From assembly GCA_964576755.1 (NCBI GenBank), contig CAZNUV010000002.1:9052-73051 (forward strand): a stretch of DNA of 64,000 nucleotides, written 5' to 3'. The DNA is from Candidatus Woesearchaeota archaeon (GTDB taxonomy: Archaea > Nanobdellota > Nanobdellia > Pacearchaeales > GW2011-AR1). Shown here piece by piece: positions 62,726 to 64,000 of this stretch. Both the position numbers and the translations under genes were made by a program. The notes under the pieces are model-generated. The model was not told the origin of the DNA. It was given only the letters and a program-made list of their open reading frames with translations, and made no database searches. How positions within the stretch are numbered: the stretch's first letter is position 1; each line of letters begins with the position of its first letter.

Positions 62726-64000
62726 CTATCCTCTTGGTTTATTAATCTTATTTAAGATTGTATCAGAGAATGCAAGTCTTCTAAGTTTGAATAAGCTTGT
62801 AAGACCTTTATGGTTAAATTCTTCAACTTCTCCACGAACTTCTGTTATTTTTTTTGAAAGTGAAAAATAAACAATAAATCTTGCTACTCCTGAGACTAGG
62901 AAAATAAATATTAATGGGGAGATAAAATAAAAATTAATATTTAATGAAGCTAGAATACCTCCAAGCATTGCCCCAATAAATACTCCAATACTGTTTATCA
63001 CATTAAAATAAGCAATACATTGTGCCATTTTCTCTCTTGTTACTGCATCATAAATAAAGTTTCCAGTAGAAAGATTAAATCCTCCCCAAAACAATCCAGA
63101 GATAGCTTCAACAATAAATAAAAATATGATTAAGAATAATAAAGTTTCCTTTAAAAAAACAGAAAAAACCCATAAAAGTGGAATCATTGGAATAAATAAT
63201 CCTGTCATTTTCATTATCTTGAAATTACCATATTTATCTGCAAATTTTCCCCACATTGGCATAAATAATAAACTTGCTAAAGATGAAGAAAGAGTTATAG
63301 TAAAATAAAAGAAATAACCTAATGTAATTGATTCAAATCCAAGGTTCTTTAACATATATACTGCAAAAAATGGAGCAGCAATAGATGTTGCAAGAGATAT
63401 AAGAGAAACAAAGATAACAAATCTACCAAAGTTGTTAGAATGCATCTTTTTTATAAAGCTAAAAAAACTAAAGTGATGTTCTTTTTCATGTTTTAAATGG
63501 GGTTCATATTTTTTTGTTAATAAATAAGCAGAGATAGCTCTTGCAATAAATGAAAAAGAAAATAAGATTATAAACGCAATAAATATTTTTGTATCTTTAA
63601 AATAATCTAAAACAAAACCTGCAATAAGCATTGAAATTAATGCAACTGTTCCTGCAATCCTGTTCCTATGCCCAAAGTATTTTCTGCTTTCTCTTGAAGA
63701 AACTAAATCTTTCATCCAAGAACTCCAAGCAGGTCCTGCAGAGGCTCCAAATAAAATTAAAAATGTATAAATAAATATCAAAACATTCGGAGAACTAAGA
63801 ATTGGATTTGTAGGATTAAAATAAAAATATAAAACTCCTGGGATTAACATTGCAAGCCATATAAATGCCTGTAAAAATGAACTTAAAACTACTATATTCT
63901 TTCTAGAATATTTTCCAGTTAGTTTTGCACTTATTAATTGTGCTAAATTTCCAATTAAAGTTGGAATAGAATTAATTAAACCAATATGAAAATTATTTGC
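62726..64000 (-). CDS. MFS transporter, 5'-truncated by the window edge
   Basis: The ORF track starts at Met 63850, but the frame stays open to nt 64000 (ANNFHIGLINSIPTLIGNLAQLISAKLTGKYSRKNIV...). Multi-TM. Confidence 0.7.
   Translation of the reverse strand, partial: ANNFHIGLINSIPTLIGNLAQLISAKLTGKYSRKNIVVLSSFLQAFIWLAMLIPGVLYFYFNPTNPILSSPNVLIFIYTFLILFGASAGPAWSSWMKDLVSSRESRKYFGHRNRIAGTVALISMLIAGFVLDYFKDTKIFIAFIILFSFSFIARAISAYLLTKKYEPHLKHEKEHHFSFFSFIKKMHSNNFGRFVIFVSLISLATSIAAPFFAVYMLKNLGFESITLGYFFYFTITLSSSLASLLFMPMWGKFADKYGNFKIMKMTGLFIPMIPLLWVFSVFLKETLLFLIIFLFIVEAISGLFWGGFNLSTGNFIYDAVTREKMAQCIAYFNVINSIGVFIGAMLGGILASLNINFYFISPLIFIFLVSGVARFIVYFSLSKKITEVRGEVEEFNHKGLTSLFKLRRLAFSDTILNKINKPRG

Overview
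The window is 64 kb, very AT-rich and gene-dense. I count about 80 CDS and 2 tRNAs. There is no rRNA, no CRISPR array and no recognisable transposase or integrase.

The gene content is clearly archaeal: aIF1A, aIF2-beta, aCPSF1, RtcB plus archease, class I CCA-adding enzyme, GatDE plus GatCAB, deoxyhypusine synthase, proteasome beta, FtsZ, a presenilin-like GxGD protease and a Sec11-type signal peptidase. The short Lys/Ile/Asn-rich proteins and the many Cys-rich exported proteins fit a small-genome DPANN-like archaeon. That assignment is an inference.

Layout:
- 0.2-6.6 kb: a type IV pilus-like locus (FlaI-type ATPase, split FlaJ, two pilin-like genes, HerA-like ATPase).
- 6.6-18.3 kb: housekeeping and oxidative-stress genes (trxB, tyrS, PP-loop enzymes, rtcB, archease, desulfoferrodoxin, a frame-disrupted rubrerythrin, a ZIP transporter, trm5).
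- 18.4-25.4 kb: an island of five paralogous Cys-rich/PKD exported proteins.
- 25.4-27.9 kb: a small GTPase, a DUF2073-like protein, a type IV pilin and a Zn-ribbon gene, translationally coupled to the island.
- 28-41 kb: cca, a TrmB operon, signal peptidase and presenilin-like protease, aCPSF1, psmB, aIF2-beta, aIF1A, tRNA-Asn, ftsZ.
- 41-53 kb: all five Gat amidotransferase subunits plus aspS, and a subtilase homologue with all three triad residues substituted.
- 53-64 kb: exported proteins, tRNA-Arg, proS, a divergent AdoMetDC-like gene next to dhs, four unknown small genes, htpX, lemA and a truncated MFS gene.

The leads I rate highest are:
- the GTPase / DUF2073 / Zn-ribbon module wired to the surface-protein and pilin genes;
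- the Cys-rich surface-protein island;
- the rubrerythrin frame break at an A_AAA_AAG heptamer;
- the triad-less subtilase.

All family assignments rest on motif recognition by eye. No searches were run.
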